Shown here: piece after piece, positions 10,292 through 20,879 of the stretch | Numbering within the stretch: position 1 is the stretch's first letter | Layout: each line of letters begins with the position of its first letter | Assembly (NCBI GenBank): GCA_965250285.1 | Contig: OZ252299.1 | Coordinates: forward strand, 3,392,001 to 3,456,000 | DNA from: Myxococcota bacterium | GTDB lineage: Bacteria > Myxococcota_A > UBA9160 > UBA4427 | Direction of reading: 5' to 3' | DNA length: 64,000 bases | Translations under genes and position numbers: made by a program | The notes under the pieces: model-generated | Database searches by the model: none | Told to the model about the DNA's origin: nothing | What the model saw: the letters and a program-made list of their open reading frames with translations, nothing else

Positions 10292-11332
10292 TCAGAGCAC
10301 CAGCTTCGCCCGCTCGAGCATGTCTTCGCCGTGTCGCTGCTCGACCGGCCCCATCTCGCCGCACCACTTGCCCCCGCCCAGCGTCCAGCGATCGCCGGGC
10401 GGGACACCAAGCTGCGCGCGCACCTCTTCGAGAGGCTGCTCCATCAGCGGCTCGGTCTCGAACCCCGGCGCCATGTAGTTCACCGTGACGCCGCGGCCAC
10501 GATGAAAGGCGCTGAACGCGGCTTCGGGGTCGAACTGGTTCTGCCACGTGCTGACGGTGGGATCGAGCGTCACGCCGAACTGAAACTGTGCGGCGAGGAG
10601 CACCGTGTAGTTGGCATAGCTGTCGCTCCCCGTGAGCGCCTCGTCGAAGAAGCCGACGCAGATCTCGCCGAGCGGCGTCGTGTCGTAGCCGGCGAGGACG
10701 TGGTGCAGATCGTGGCGCGTCAGGATGTTCGAAAAGAGCGCGCCGCGTGTGCCGGGCAGACCGAAGTCGTTGTCCTCGTAGTAGTCGACGAGCGTGCGGC
10801 CCAGGGTGCCCGCTGGCAGCTCGGCGTAGCCCTCGAAGCGCTCGAGCGTGTGTTTGTCGCCGTCGAGATGGAGCACGCCGCGTGTCGTCTGCCAGAGCTG
10901 CTTCAGGATCGAGCTGTCGAGCTCGACCCGACTCGCCCGCAGCTGGTGAACGAGCAGCGACACCCGATGTCCCTTCGTGACGGCGATCGCGTCGTGCACC
11001 GCCGAGTCGGCGATGTGCCAGCGGTCGGCCAGGCGCTGCAGCGCGTCGGTGCGCCACTTCACGTTGACCGGCTCGAGCAGCGGGAGCAGCGCGCCGAGAT
11101 GCAGCGTCATCGATCGCTGCTCGGCGTCGGTGAGCGTGTCTGCGTCGTCGAAGACGGCGGGCAGGCTCTCGATCTTGACCGGCGTGTCGAGCACATGACG
11201 TGCGATCGCAGAGATCGTCTGCTCGTGCACGTCGTGCAGCGGCACGCGCCCCTCGTCGGTCGCAATGCCCTTGAGCAGAGTCAGGATCGTCGCCGCCGCG
11301 GTCGGCGAGAGATTCGGAATCGGCTGATCCAT
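10292..11332 (-). CDS. Coq4-like protein with N-terminal helical extension
   Basis: LPAGTLGR and HDLHHVLAGYDTTPLGE (HDxxH-x11-E motif of Coq4 family); GGAGGT RBS before ATG 11332. Confidence 0.7.
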   Translation of the reverse strand: MDQPIPNLSPTAAATILTLLKGIATDEGRVPLHDVHEQTISAIARHVLDTPVKIESLPAVFDDADTLTDAEQRSMTLHLGALLPLLEPVNVKWRTDALQRLADRWHIADSAVHDAIAVTKGHRVSLLVHQLRASRVELDSSILKQLWQTTRGVLHLDGDKHTLERFEGYAELPAGTLGRTLVDYYEDNDFGLPGTRGALFSNILTRHDLHHVLAGYDTTPLGEICVGFFDEALTGSDSYANYTVLLAAQFQFGVTLDPTVSTWQNQFDPEAAFSAFHRGRGVTVNYMAPGFETEPLMEQPLEEVRAQLGVPPGDRWTLGGGKWCGEMGPVEQRHGEDMLERAKLVL

Positions 11333-11541
11333 TGAGCGCGCACCTCCCAGCGTGACTCTTGGGTCACCGAGGCGCAGCGAATCGTTCGCGACCGGTTCGG
11401 ACCCGAGCGCGTGACACGATAGCCGCAGCGCGCCCCAACCGGGCGAAGGCATGCCGCCTGCGCGCGCGAAAGCGCACCGAATCGAAAGACGCGCGGGATG
11501 GGTCGAGCTGCACCGGAGTCAGGCGGGCCGACCCCGACGCG

Positions 11542-12756
11542 CTAGAAGCGGTCGATATTGAAGCCGTCGTCGTCGTCGCCACCGAGCAGATCGTCGATGG
11601 CGTCGCCGCCGCCCTCTTCCTTCACCTCTTCGCTTCCGCCGCCGTCGTCGCCGAAGTTCTCCCAGTCGCTGTCGCTGGTGCTGGCGATGCCGCGGAAGCG
11701 CAGGGCGAAGTCGTCGGGGTTCGAGACGTGCTTCAGTGCCTCGTCGTACGTCACGAGGTCTTGCTTCACCAGGCTCATGAGGCTCTGGTCGAAGGTCTGC
11801 ATGCCGTACGTCGTGTAACCCTTGCTGATGGCGTCGGGCAGCTCCTTGGTGCGGTCCTTGTCGGCGATGAGCTCGCGCACGAGGCCCGTCGACACGAGCA
11901 CCTCGAGCGCCGGCACGCGGCCCTTGCCATCGGCCCGGGGCACGAGGCGCTGGCTGATCACGGCCTTGAGGATCGTCGACAGCTGCAGCCGCACCTGCTT
12001 CTGCTGATACGGCGGGAAGACCGAGATGATGCGGTTGATCGTCTCCGTCGCGTCGAGGGTATGCAGCGTGCTCATGACGAGGTGACCGGTCTCGGCGGCG
12101 GTCAGCGCCGTCTCGATCGTCTCGAAGTCACGCATTTCGCCCACGAGCACGACGTCGGGATCCTGCCGGAGCGCGGCGCGCAGGGCGTTCGAGAAGCTCT
12201 GGGTGTCGACGCCGATCTCGCGCTGATTCACGATCGAGCGTCGGTCGCGAATCAAGAACTCGATCGGGTCTTCGATCGTCATGATGTGTGCGGTTCGCTC
12301 GCTGTTGATCTGCTCGATCATCGCCGCGAGCGTGGTCGACTTACCGGAGCCCGTGGTGCCGGTGACGAGCACGAGGCCGCGGTGCTCGCGGCTGATCGCC
12401 TCGACGACCTTGGGCAGATAGAGCTGATCGATCGTCTTCACACCGAAGGGGATCACGCGGAAGACCATGCCGACCGTGCCGCGCTGCTGGAACGCGTTCA
12501 CACGGAATCGGCCGAGGCCCGGGACCCCGTAGGCGAGGTCGGCTTCGCGCGCCTCGTCGAACCGCTTCTTCTGGATCGGGTTCATGATCGAGAACGCCAT
12601 GTTCTGCAGCTCGTCGGGCATGATGCGCTCGCCGTTCTTGAGCGGCACGAGCGCGCCATCGACGCGGAACATCGGCGGCAGCCCCGACTTCAGATGGATG
12701 TCGGAGGCGCCGCCCTTGATGGCGACCTTCAGGATCTCGTTGAGCTCCATCCCCAT
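11542..12756 (-). CDS. pilT: Type IV pilus retraction ATPase (PilT/PilU family)
   Basis: ASDIHL, RFRVNAF, GTTGSGKSTT, TIEDPIE, ALRQDPDVVLVGEMRD, AETGHLVMSTLHT, GMQTFDQSL. Confidence 0.93.
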   Translation of the reverse strand: MGMELNEILKVAIKGGASDIHLKSGLPPMFRVDGALVPLKNGERIMPDELQNMAFSIMNPIQKKRFDEAREADLAYGVPGLGRFRVNAFQQRGTVGMVFRVIPFGVKTIDQLYLPKVVEAISREHRGLVLVTGTTGSGKSTTLAAMIEQINSERTAHIMTIEDPIEFLIRDRRSIVNQREIGVDTQSFSNALRAALRQDPDVVLVGEMRDFETIETALTAAETGHLVMSTLHTLDATETINRIISVFPPYQQKQVRLQLSTILKAVISQRLVPRADGKGRVPALEVLVSTGLVRELIADKDRTKELPDAISKGYTTYGMQTFDQSLMSLVKQDLVTYDEALKHVSNPDDFALRFRGIASTSDSDWENFGDDGGGSEEVKEEGGGDAIDDLLGGDDDDGFNIDRF

Positions 12757-13001
12757 GAGCGATCAGGTCCTCGGCCGCGTGTCGCTGCGGCTCTCGTGTG
12801 AAGGCGGCGGTCTGCAGGCCGGCCCTGCGACGTTTCGGCGCAGCCGACCTGCACCCCTTTCACGGATGCACCCCTCGTTTCGACCTTTCTCGGGACCGGC
12901 TTGAGGCAGGGATGAGATCGCTGTCACAGGTCTCGTTGCGCCCAGATCGCCGAGAGGCCCGGTTCGCCCGACCGACTCGGGCCCCGATCGGCCCCGGAAC
13001 G

Positions 13002-13045
13002 AAAGAAGCCCGCGGCCCCCCTCTGAAAGGGAGACCGCGGGCTTC
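13002..13045 (-). terminator. Probable intrinsic terminator after recA
   Basis: GAAGCCCGCGG (13005-13015)/CCGCGGGCTTC (13035-13045) stem, followed by short U-run on minus strand. Confidence 0.6.
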
Positions 13046-13139
13046 GAACCCCACGCATTCGCGCTCGATCGGATGGCTCCGATCCCAGCGGACACACGGC
13101 CGCCGGGCGCCATGGCTGGCGCGGACGGGACGCTTCGGT

Positions 13140-14279
13140 CTAGGCCTCGGCCTTCGCCGCCTTCTCAGCCTTGTCGGACTTGTCGGCCTTCGCGCCGGAC
13201 GCGCCCTCGGCTTCGGCCGCCGGTTCACCGGCGGGCACGGGCAGCTTCAGGCCACGGGCCGCGTAGACCTCCTCGGCAAGGCGGTGACCGATGTCCGGGT
13301 TCTCCTTGAGGAAGCGCCGGGCGTTCTCGCGCCCCTGACCGATGCGCTCCTCGCCGTAGGAGTACCAGGAGCCACTCTTCTCGACGATGCCGTCTTCGAC
13401 GCCGAGGTCGATGAGGTCGCCCTCCTTCGAGATGCCCTCGTTGTAGATGATGTCGAACTCGGCCTGCCGGAACGGCGGCGCCACCTTGTTCTTGACCACC
13501 TTGACCCGGGTGCGGTTGCCCTTGACCTCGTCGCCTTCCTTCAGTGCGGCGATGCGTCGCACGTCGAGGCGCACCGACGAGTAGAACTTGAGCGCGTTGC
13601 CGCCCGTCGTCGTCTCAGGGCTGCCGAACATGACGCCGATCTTCATGCGGATCTGGTTGATGAAGATGATCGTGGCGCCCGACTTCGAGACCGTACCCGT
13701 CAGCTTGCGAAGCGCCTGGCTCATGAGCCGAGCCTGCAGGCCAACGTGGGCATCACCCATCTCGCCCTCGATCTCGGCCCGCGGCACGAGCGCCGCCACC
13801 GAGTCGACGACCACCAGATCGACCGCCCCCGAGCGCAGCAGCACGTCGGCGATCTCGAGCGCCTCTTCACCGGTGTCGGGCTGCGAGACCAGCAGCGAAC
13901 CGACGTCGACGCCGAGGCGCCGCGCGTAGTTCACATCGAGGGCGTGCTCGGCATCGATGAAGGCCGCGACACCGCCCGTCTTCTGCACCTCGGCGATCGC
14001 GTGCAGCGTGAGCGTCGTCTTACCGCTCGACTCGGGGCCATAGATCTCGACCACGCGCCCGCGCGGGTAGCCCCCGATGCCGAGCGCCAGGTCGAGACTC
14101 GGCCCACCGCTCGAGAAGTAGCCGATGTCGCGATTGACACCGTCGCCGTCCATCGTCTGGATCGAGCCCTTGCCGAACTGCTTCTCGATGGTCGACACGG
14201 CCATCTCGATGGCCTTGCGCCGCCCGGTATCGTCCGACCGGTCGACGTCGTTCCTCGTCTTCGTCACTGCCTTCGCCAT
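13140..14279 (-). CDS. recA: Recombinase A
   Basis: [63 protein letters not shown] supports ATG at 14279. Confidence 0.99.
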   Translation of the reverse strand: MAKAVTKTRNDVDRSDDTGRRKAIEMAVSTIEKQFGKGSIQTMDGDGVNRDIGYFSSGGPSLDLALGIGGYPRGRVVEIYGPESSGKTTLTLHAIAEVQKTGGVAAFIDAEHALDVNYARRLGVDVGSLLVSQPDTGEEALEIADVLLRSGAVDLVVVDSVAALVPRAEIEGEMGDAHVGLQARLMSQALRKLTGTVSKSGATIIFINQIRMKIGVMFGSPETTTGGNALKFYSSVRLDVRRIAALKEGDEVKGNRTRVKVVKNKVAPPFRQAEFDIIYNEGISKEGDLIDLGVEDGIVEKSGSWYSYGEERIGQGRENARRFLKENPDIGHRLAEEVYAARGLKLPVPAGEPAAEAEGASGAKADKSDKAEKAAKAEA

Positions 14280-14325
14280 TGCGTCCATCCTCCGAGGGCC
14301 GTGGCCCTCTGCACCTCGAGTGCGT

Positions 14326-14378
14326 AGTGGGGTGAGTGAGTGGGGTGTAAGTGAGTGGGGTGAGAGTGAGTGGGGTGA
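14326..14378. repeat. Four-copy AGTGGGGTG repeat upstream of recA
   Basis: GGGG tracts at 14329, 14342, 14357 and 14372 with loops of 9, 11 and 11 nt. Confidence 0.9.
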
Positions 14379-14424
14379 ATCCTGGGTTCTGAAAAACGGG
14401 TTCGTGAAAGAGCGGACCGCCTGC

Positions 14425-15765
14425 CTACCGGGCCCCGCCCGGCGCATTGCCTCCGCCCTGCCTGCGCAGCAGCGACGGCCCGACGAGCTCGTGGCCCTGC
14501 AGGTCGCGCCGGATCCAGTCCAGGCCGACCTGGGCCGTGAGTGCCCGGTGTCGTGTGCGATCGAGGGGAAACGTGAAGTGATCGACGTGGGTCGCGACGC
14601 CGTCCGCGGTCTCGCAGGCCAGCGCCACGTAGACGAGGCCGACGGGCTTCTCTTCGCTGCCCCCACCCGGCCCCGAGATGCCGGTCGTGGCGACGCCGTA
14701 GGTCGAGCCGAAGCGCGCGCGCACCCCCTCGGCCATCGCCCGGGCGACGGGCTCCGACACCGCGCCGTGCTCGGCGAGCATCGCCTCGGGCACGCCGAGC
14801 ATCGCCTGCTTCGCCTCATTCGCATAGGCGACCACGCCGCCCAGGAACCAACCCGAAGACCCGGGCACGTCGGTGATTCGCTCGGCGATGCCGCCGCCGG
14901 TGCACGACTCGGCGGTCGCCACCGTGGCACCGGCGCGCTCGAGCTCACGGCCGACGACGATGGCCATCGTGTCGTCGCCTTCGCCGTAGAGCAGATCGCC
15001 GAGGCGCTCGTCGATCGCCTGTACCGTCTTGTCGATGCGATCGTCGGCCGCCGCTGCGCTCTCACCGCGCGCCACGACGCGCAGGTAGTTGTCGGGGAAG
15101 GTCGTCCGGAACCCGATCTCGACGTCGCCGTCGCGCGCGAGATCGGCCAGCTCGGCCTCGAGCGACGACTCGCCGATGCCGAAGGTCTTGAGCAGGCGAG
15201 CCCGCACGAACACCGCGCCGCGACCGTCCCCGGCCGCGTGCGCCCCGATGCGGGGCAGCACCTGTTCGTCGAGCATCAGCCTCAGCTCGCGGGGGACGCC
15301 GGGCATACAGAAGAAGAGCGTCGTGCGCCCCGATGCACCGGCGTGCTCGAGCATGAAGCCCGGCGCCGTCCCCACCGGGTTGGCCAGCACCTCGGCGTCA
15401 GTCGGGAAGTAGGCCTGCTTGCGATTCACGTCGGCCATCTCTCGGCCGAGCCGGTTGAAGAAGCCACGAATCTCCTCGAGCGACGCCTCGTCGAGTTGGA
15501 GCTCGCGCCCGAAGGTCTCGGCCATCACCTCGGTCGTGATGTCGTCTCGCGTCGGCCCCAGGCCACCCGAGACCAGGACGACGTCGGCGCGCTCGGCGGC
15601 CTGCTCGAAAGCGAAGCGCATGTCGGCCCGGTCATCGCGCACCGAGGTCTGGTAGTGACACTCGATGTCGAGCCCGAGCACGCGCTCGGCGATCAACGCC
15701 TTGTTCGAGTCGACGATCTCGCCGCGGAGGATCTCGTCGCCGATCGTGATGACCTCGGCCTTCAT
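14425..15765 (-). CDS. cinA: Competence/damage-inducible protein A (CinA, with PncC domain)
   Basis: [53 protein letters not shown]. Confidence 0.95.
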   Translation of the reverse strand: MKAEVITIGDEILRGEIVDSNKALIAERVLGLDIECHYQTSVRDDRADMRFAFEQAAERADVVLVSGGLGPTRDDITTEVMAETFGRELQLDEASLEEIRGFFNRLGREMADVNRKQAYFPTDAEVLANPVGTAPGFMLEHAGASGRTTLFFCMPGVPRELRLMLDEQVLPRIGAHAAGDGRGAVFVRARLLKTFGIGESSLEAELADLARDGDVEIGFRTTFPDNYLRVVARGESAAAADDRIDKTVQAIDERLGDLLYGEGDDTMAIVVGRELERAGATVATAESCTGGGIAERITDVPGSSGWFLGGVVAYANEAKQAMLGVPEAMLAEHGAVSEPVARAMAEGVRARFGSTYGVATTGISGPGGGSEEKPVGLVYVALACETADGVATHVDHFTFPLDRTRHRALTAQVGLDWIRRDLQGHELVGPSLLRRQGGGNAPGGAR

Positions 15766-15767
15766 GC

Positions 15768-16538
15768 CTAGCCCTGCGCCCCCGCCGTGGCCGCGCCGGC
15801 GGTCACCCACACGAGGTAGGTCGGCACGATCAGCACGATGGCCCCGTAGATGCCTGCCACCACGTCGTCCGCCATCACCCCTGCCCCGGCTTCGAAGCGC
15901 CGCTCTGCCCACCGCACTGCCCCCGGCTTGCGGATATCGAACCACCGGAATGCGACGAATCCGGTCACGACGAGCAGAGAAAAGAGCGAAACCTCGAAGG
16001 CGCCCGACCCCGAGAGCCCGAAGCTCAGGTCGAAGAAGCCGAGCGAGCGGCCGTGCAGCGGCACCAGCGGCCAGAGCGTGATCAGCTGGCCCGCCACCTC
16101 GTCGATCACGATGCGGCCGTCGTCGTGGCGGGCGAAGTCGCGCTCGGCGGCGGTCGAGGCCCAGACGCCGACGACCGTCACCGCGACGACAAGCACGCCG
16201 TAGCCGAGCCCACCGAGCCCCGCGAAGACCGGGGCGAAGAGCACGACGGTGCCGAGGGCCCCCCATGTGCCGGGGGCCCAGGGCCCGAAGCCGAGCCCGC
16301 CCGCCGTCGCGATCCACACGGCCAGGGTCTTGGGCACCTCGCGCGTCGGCCGCGCGGGCGAGCCCTTCGGCGCGACACCGGCCGTCGCTCCGGTGGCTTC
16401 GGGGCGTTCGGTTCCGGCTTCGGCTCCGGGCTCTCTTCCGGGCTCTTTTCCGGTTTCGGTTCCGGATTCTGTCGCGCTTGCATCCGAGATGAGACGACCC
16501 CGTCCACGATCCGAGTTACCGGGCTGCCTGCGCCCCAC
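15768..16538 (-). CDS. pgpA: Phosphatidylglycerophosphatase A (start uncertain, probably downstream of 16538)
   Basis: GLGFGPWAPGTWG, HDDGRIVIDEVAG, FRWFDIRKP, GVMADDVVAG; typical position before cinA. Confidence 0.92.
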   Translation of the reverse strand: MGRRQPGNSDRGRGRLISDASATESGTETGKEPGREPGAEAGTERPEATGATAGVAPKGSPARPTREVPKTLAVWIATAGGLGFGPWAPGTWGALGTVVLFAPVFAGLGGLGYGVLVVAVTVVGVWASTAAERDFARHDDGRIVIDEVAGQLITLWPLVPLHGRSLGFFDLSFGLSGSGAFEVSLFSLLVVTGFVAFRWFDIRKPGAVRWAERRFEAGAGVMADDVVAGIYGAIVLIVPTYLVWVTAGAATAGAQG

Positions 16539-16878
16539 ACTCGGAAATTCTTCAACCCGGACAACGACTTGTGCGCGTTCGCACGAGCCCTTGGCCAGCG
16601 GCGATGATGCCTCGGGCCGCAGGGACGGGGGTGCGGCGCGCGGGGCGGCGATCGGGGGGGGTGATCACGTGCGAGGGTGCCACCACGGCCCTGGAGCGTC
16701 AATCGAGCGAGGCGAAAAAAAGGGAAAAACGCACGGCGTCCAGGGTGTGACCGGCCCCATCAAGCGGGTCGCCAAAGGCGTCGATGAAGGAGGGGCTCCG
16801 ATCGGGAGCCCACGCGGTGGGGGGCCGCGCGGCGCACGCTCGTCACCCGTCCCCCCGGCCAGGATGGACCGTGCGCGC

Positions 16879-18735
16879 ATGACCGAGGCAATGAAGAGCG
16901 AGGCATCGGCGGGCACGCCGACGGCGGCGCGGACCGTGGCCGATGCCACGGGCCTGCTCGTCGAGCTCGCCCGCGCCTGCAAGGGGCTGTCGTTCTACGG
17001 CGAGGGGCACCCGGCGCGCACCGACTTGATCGACCGGGCCTGGATGGCGTGGCGCCTCGAGGTCCAGCGTGCGGGCCGCCTCGACCTCACGTGTGAACGC
17101 GGCGGCCTGCGGATCCGCGGGCTCGACCAGCTCTTCACACCCGCGGCGATCGACGAGCTGCACCACGCGCTCCTCGACCGCGACGTCGAAGCCCTGGCGC
17201 TCGGCGAGGACGTGACGCGCGAGAGCTTCGCGGCCCTTCTCGACCTGCTGGGTCAGCCCCCCGAGTACCTGACCCGCAGCGGAGGCCTCGCGCTCGCCCT
17301 CGCTCAACGCTGCGACCACGGCATCGGCATCAACGGTCAGCCGCTCGGCGGAGCCGCTCCGAGCATCGGCGACGCGAGCGCGACGAGCCTCGGCTCGGGT
17401 CTGCTCGTGTCGACTCGAGACCTCATGCATCGCGGCGGCGATGCCCAGAGCGCGCCCGACAAGCCCGCCGTCGACGACGATCCGCTGGGCGCCCCGGGCG
17501 CCGACGAAGCGAGCGAGACGCTGCGACGCGAGCTGCTCGCCCTCGATGGCCTGTCGGACGACGACGCCTACGAGCAGCACGGACTGAGGCTGCTCGAAGC
17601 GGCGCTCGAGGCCTTCGCGCGCGGGCGTCACGAGGACGGCTACCGCACGGTGCTCGTCTTCTGCGATCACGCAATCGGCGAAGGTGGCCGCTCGGCCCGG
17701 CAGGCGCGGCTCGCGCACGAGGCGACGCAGGCGCTCTGCACCGGCGCTGCGCTCGACGAGATCATCGACCGCGCCTGCGCTTCGGACGTCACGCGGAGCG
17801 TGCGCGCCAGCCGGGTGCTCCTGCAGCTCGGTGCTCCGGCGGCCGACCGCGTGCTGGTGCGCATCACCGACGAGCCGCACGACGGCCGTGCGGGCCAGCT
17901 GCGGGCGATCCTGACCGCGCTCGGCGAGCACGCCCGCGAGCCCCTCGAGCGCGCGCTCGAGGGCGGGGGCCTGCGCGCCGCCGCCACGGCGGCGCGCCTC
18001 TGCGGCGATACCCAGAACCCGTCGCTGGTGCCTGCGCTCGCCCTCGGGCTGCGCCGGCCCGACCCGCCGCTGCAGCGCGCGGCCATCGCGGCGCTCACCC
18101 AGATCGGCGGGACCGAGGCGGGCGACGTCCTGCTCGGCGAGCTCGCGCGGGCCGACTCGCAGATGATCCAGGCGTGCTGCCAGGGGCTCGCCCAGCTCGG
18201 CGAGGACCGCTTCGTGCTGCCGATGCTCGCCGCGCTCGACCGCGCCGAACGCCGGGGCGACGGCGAGCTGGCGGTCGAGCTCGTGCGCGCACTCGGGCGC
18301 CTCGGCAGCGAGCGCGCCGTGCCGCGCCTCGCCTCGATGCTGCGCCGACGACGCCTGCTCGCGCGCAGTGCCCGCCTCGAGCTGCAGGCCCGCGCTCTCG
18401 AGACGCTCGCCGAGCTGCCCGGACGCGAGGCCCGTCGCACCGTCGAATGGACGGCGCGCAGCGGCCCGCGCGGGCTGCGCCAGCGCGCGAAGTCGTTGCT
18501 CGGTCGAGCCGACGTGCTCGACGACGATCCCCCCCGGCTCGACGAGCCGTCGGATCCCGACTCGGCCCCCTCCGACGCGACCGTGGCGACGCCCGGACCG
18601 GCGGGCGACGCACCGGCGGCTTCCGTTCCGAACCACGCGGGCGTCACCACCGGGAACGATCCCGCACACGGCGGAGGTCGCGCGGCGGATCCCGCAACCG
18701 ATCCCGCAAGAGACGATCTGGCAAGAGGCGACTAG
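16879..18735 (+). CDS. HEAT-repeat protein (start approximate)
   Basis: Repeated AL..LG...A.P.L helical units in C-terminal half; N-terminal FYGEGHP motif; heads the yqgF-mltG cluster. Confidence 0.65.
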   Translation: MTEAMKSEASAGTPTAARTVADATGLLVELARACKGLSFYGEGHPARTDLIDRAWMAWRLEVQRAGRLDLTCERGGLRIRGLDQLFTPAAIDELHHALLDRDVEALALGEDVTRESFAALLDLLGQPPEYLTRSGGLALALAQRCDHGIGINGQPLGGAAPSIGDASATSLGSGLLVSTRDLMHRGGDAQSAPDKPAVDDDPLGAPGADEASETLRRELLALDGLSDDDAYEQHGLRLLEAALEAFARGRHEDGYRTVLVFCDHAIGEGGRSARQARLAHEATQALCTGAALDEIIDRACASDVTRSVRASRVLLQLGAPAADRVLVRITDEPHDGRAGQLRAILTALGEHAREPLERALEGGGLRAAATAARLCGDTQNPSLVPALALGLRRPDPPLQRAAIAALTQIGGTEAGDVLLGELARADSQMIQACCQGLAQLGEDRFVLPMLAALDRAERRGDGELAVELVRALGRLGSERAVPRLASMLRRRRLLARSARLELQARALETLAELPGREARRTVEWTARSGPRGLRQRAKSLLGRADVLDDDPPRLDEPSDPDSAPSDATVATPGPAGDAPAASVPNHAGVTTGNDPAHGGGRAADPATDPARDDLARGD

Positions 18736-18748
18736 ACTCCCGCATCTC

Positions 18749-19228
18749 ATGCGCGTGCTCGGCCTCGATCTCGGACAGAAACGAATCGGCATCGCCGTCT
18801 CGGACGAAGAAGCGTCGATCGCGTTTCCGAGCGGCGCGCTCGAGAGCCGCGGTGCCAAGAAGGATCTGAAGGCGGTGCTCGAGCTGATCGAGAAACGAGA
18901 GATCGGACGCGTCGTGGTCGGGCTGCCCCGCCACCTCGACGGCCGCGAGGGGCCCGAGGCAGAGGCCGCGCGCGCCTTCGCGAGTGCACTGCAAGCAGCG
19001 AGCGGGTTGCCCGTCGAGACCCTTGACGAGCGGTGGACCACCGTCGAAGCGGAGCGCGTGCTGCACGCCCAGGGGCGCAAGAAGAAGAAGCAGCGGGCGG
19101 TCGTCGATAGCGTGGCCGCCTCGATCATCCTCGGCACCTACCTCGACCTGCTGCGCAATCGCGAGGCGGGGCTTGCCGTCGACGCCGACGCCGGCTCTGA
19201 CTCCGGCCCGGGGGTCGACCGGGCATGA
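18749..19228 (+). CDS. yqgF: Pre-16S rRNA nuclease / resolvase-like YqgF (RuvX)
   Basis: MRVLGLDLGQKRIGIAVSD, VVGLP, DERWTT, VDSVAASIIL. Confidence 0.95.
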   Translation: MRVLGLDLGQKRIGIAVSDEEASIAFPSGALESRGAKKDLKAVLELIEKREIGRVVVGLPRHLDGREGPEAEAARAFASALQAASGLPVETLDERWTTVEAERVLHAQGRKKKKQRAVVDSVAASIILGTYLDLLRNREAGLAVDADAGSDSGPGVDRA

Positions 19229-20232
19229 TGCGCGCGCTCGTTCTGGTGACCACGCTCGCCGTCCTCGTCGTGAGCGTCACGGCGGCGTGGGTCGCCAATC
19301 GGCTCGAGCCCGCCAGCGACGACCCGATGGCGCCGACGTTCACCTTCGAGATCTTGCAGGGCGACTCGCTCGGCGCCGTCACGCGCGCGCTGCAGGCCGC
19401 CGACATGATCCGGGACGCGCGGGCGATGAACTGGCTCGCCCGGCTTCAGGATCGCGCCGGGCGCCTCTATGTGGGCGAGTACGAGGTCTCGCCGACGATG
19501 ACGCCCGACGAGATCCTCGACATGATCACCACGGGCAAGGTCAAGCTCCACAGCGTCACCGTGCCCGAGGGTCTGCGCGCGACCGAGATCGCCGCTCGGC
19601 TCGAAGCCGCCGGGCTCGCCGAAGCCGAGGCCTTCATGGCCGTGGTCAACGACCCGGTCTTCACCGAATCGATGGGCATCAACGAGCCGACGCTCGAGGG
19701 GTATCTCTACCCGGACACGTACCGGATGGCCAAGGGTCTGCCGGCGTCCGAAGTGGCGCGGGCCCTCGTCGACCAGTTCATGCGCGTGTGGGCCGAGCTC
19801 GCGCCGCTCGCCGAAGAGCGGGGCTTGTCGATGCACGAGGTGGTCACGCTCGCCTCGATCGTCGAGAAGGAGACGGCGGCCCCGTCCGAGCGACCGCTCA
19901 TCGCGGCGGTCTTCCTCAATCGGCTCGACAAGGGCATGCGCCTCGAGACCGACCCGACCGTCATCTACGGCATCGTCGACTTCGACGGCAACATCAAGAA
20001 GAAGCACCTGCTCGACGCCTCGAACCCGTACAACACGTACAAGATTCGCGGCCTGCCGCCCGGCCCGATCGCATCGCCCGGCGCCGATGCGCTGTCGGCC
20101 GTGCTGAACCCGGCCGAATCCGAGTATCTCTACTTCGTGTCGCGCAACGACGGCACGCACTACTTCTCGGAGACCTACCGTGAGCACGTCGACGCGGTGA
20201 ACCGCTACCAGAGGAGGAGGCGGTCGAGATGA
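19225..20232 (+). CDS. mltG: Endolytic transglycosylase MltG
   Basis: VTVPEG, LEGYLYPDTY, LASIVEKE, NRLDKGMRLETDPTV, PYNTYKIRGLPPGPI. Confidence 0.96.
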   Translation: MMRALVLVTTLAVLVVSVTAAWVANRLEPASDDPMAPTFTFEILQGDSLGAVTRALQAADMIRDARAMNWLARLQDRAGRLYVGEYEVSPTMTPDEILDMITTGKVKLHSVTVPEGLRATEIAARLEAAGLAEAEAFMAVVNDPVFTESMGINEPTLEGYLYPDTYRMAKGLPASEVARALVDQFMRVWAELAPLAEERGLSMHEVVTLASIVEKETAAPSERPLIAAVFLNRLDKGMRLETDPTVIYGIVDFDGNIKKKHLLDASNPYNTYKIRGLPPGPIASPGADALSAVLNPAESEYLYFVSRNDGTHYFSETYREHVDAVNRYQRRRRSR

Positions 20233-20855
20233 GCGCCCAGGCCGACCCCGCAGTCTTCTATCGCGAGCGCGTCCCCGCGCAGTTCAACCGCACCTTCGAC
20301 GAGCAGCAGGCGCGCGCCGCGAGCGGCGACGCAGACGCAGCCCGTTCGCTCAACGGCATGCGCACCGTCAACGCGACGATCCAGGTCGAAGTTGCGGGCG
20401 ACACCACGTATCACCTGAACGTCGAAGCCGGGCGCATGAGTGCGGGCGACGCCAACGCGCATGCCCCGTTCATGACGATGCAGCACGACCTCGAGAGCTT
20501 CGCCGTGCTCGAGCGAGAGAGCGGCGACTCGGTGCTCTCGTTTCTCGGCGGCCTCGCCGGCATGGGCGACGCCATGCTCCTCACGAGCCAACGCATCCAG
20601 AACCTCGCCGGCCTCGACGGCTCGCTGCTCTTCGAGCTGACCGGCTCGAAGGCGTTCAAGGTGCTCGTGCACTTCGGCGAGAATGAGATCGCCGCCGAGC
20701 CGACTTGCCACATCTCGGTCGACGGCGACAGCTACGACCAGCTGCGGTCGGGCGAGCTCGGCCCCCAGGACGCCTTCCTGGGCGGCCAGATTCAGGTCGA
20801 AGGCGACATGGCCATGGGGATGCAGGTGGCGCTCGCGGCCTTGTCACCCGAGTAG
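20229..20855 (+). CDS. SCP2 lipid-transfer domain protein (probably tandem SCP2)
   Basis: C-terminal GELGPQDAFLGGQIQVEGDM matches SCP2 pattern; ATGA overlap with mltG. Confidence 0.75.
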   Translation: MSAQADPAVFYRERVPAQFNRTFDEQQARAASGDADAARSLNGMRTVNATIQVEVAGDTTYHLNVEAGRMSAGDANAHAPFMTMQHDLESFAVLERESGDSVLSFLGGLAGMGDAMLLTSQRIQNLAGLDGSLLFELTGSKAFKVLVHFGENEIAAEPTCHISVDGDSYDQLRSGELGPQDAFLGGQIQVEGDMAMGMQVALAALSPE

Positions 20856-20879
20856 TCGCCCGCGTCGTCGCCCAAGCAG

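Noticed and set aside
14384..14403. LexA/SOS box upstream of recA (GGGTTC-N8-GGGTTC)
   Set aside because: GTTC half-sites are 10 nt apart, matching neither GTTC-N7-GTTC, GAAC-N4-GTTC nor the Myxococcus box as I recall them; a lineage-specific box is not excluded.
16400..16470. 12-bp-period repeats near the pgpA 5' end
   Set aside because: Explained as a low-complexity N-terminal linker or leader; not treated as a separate element.
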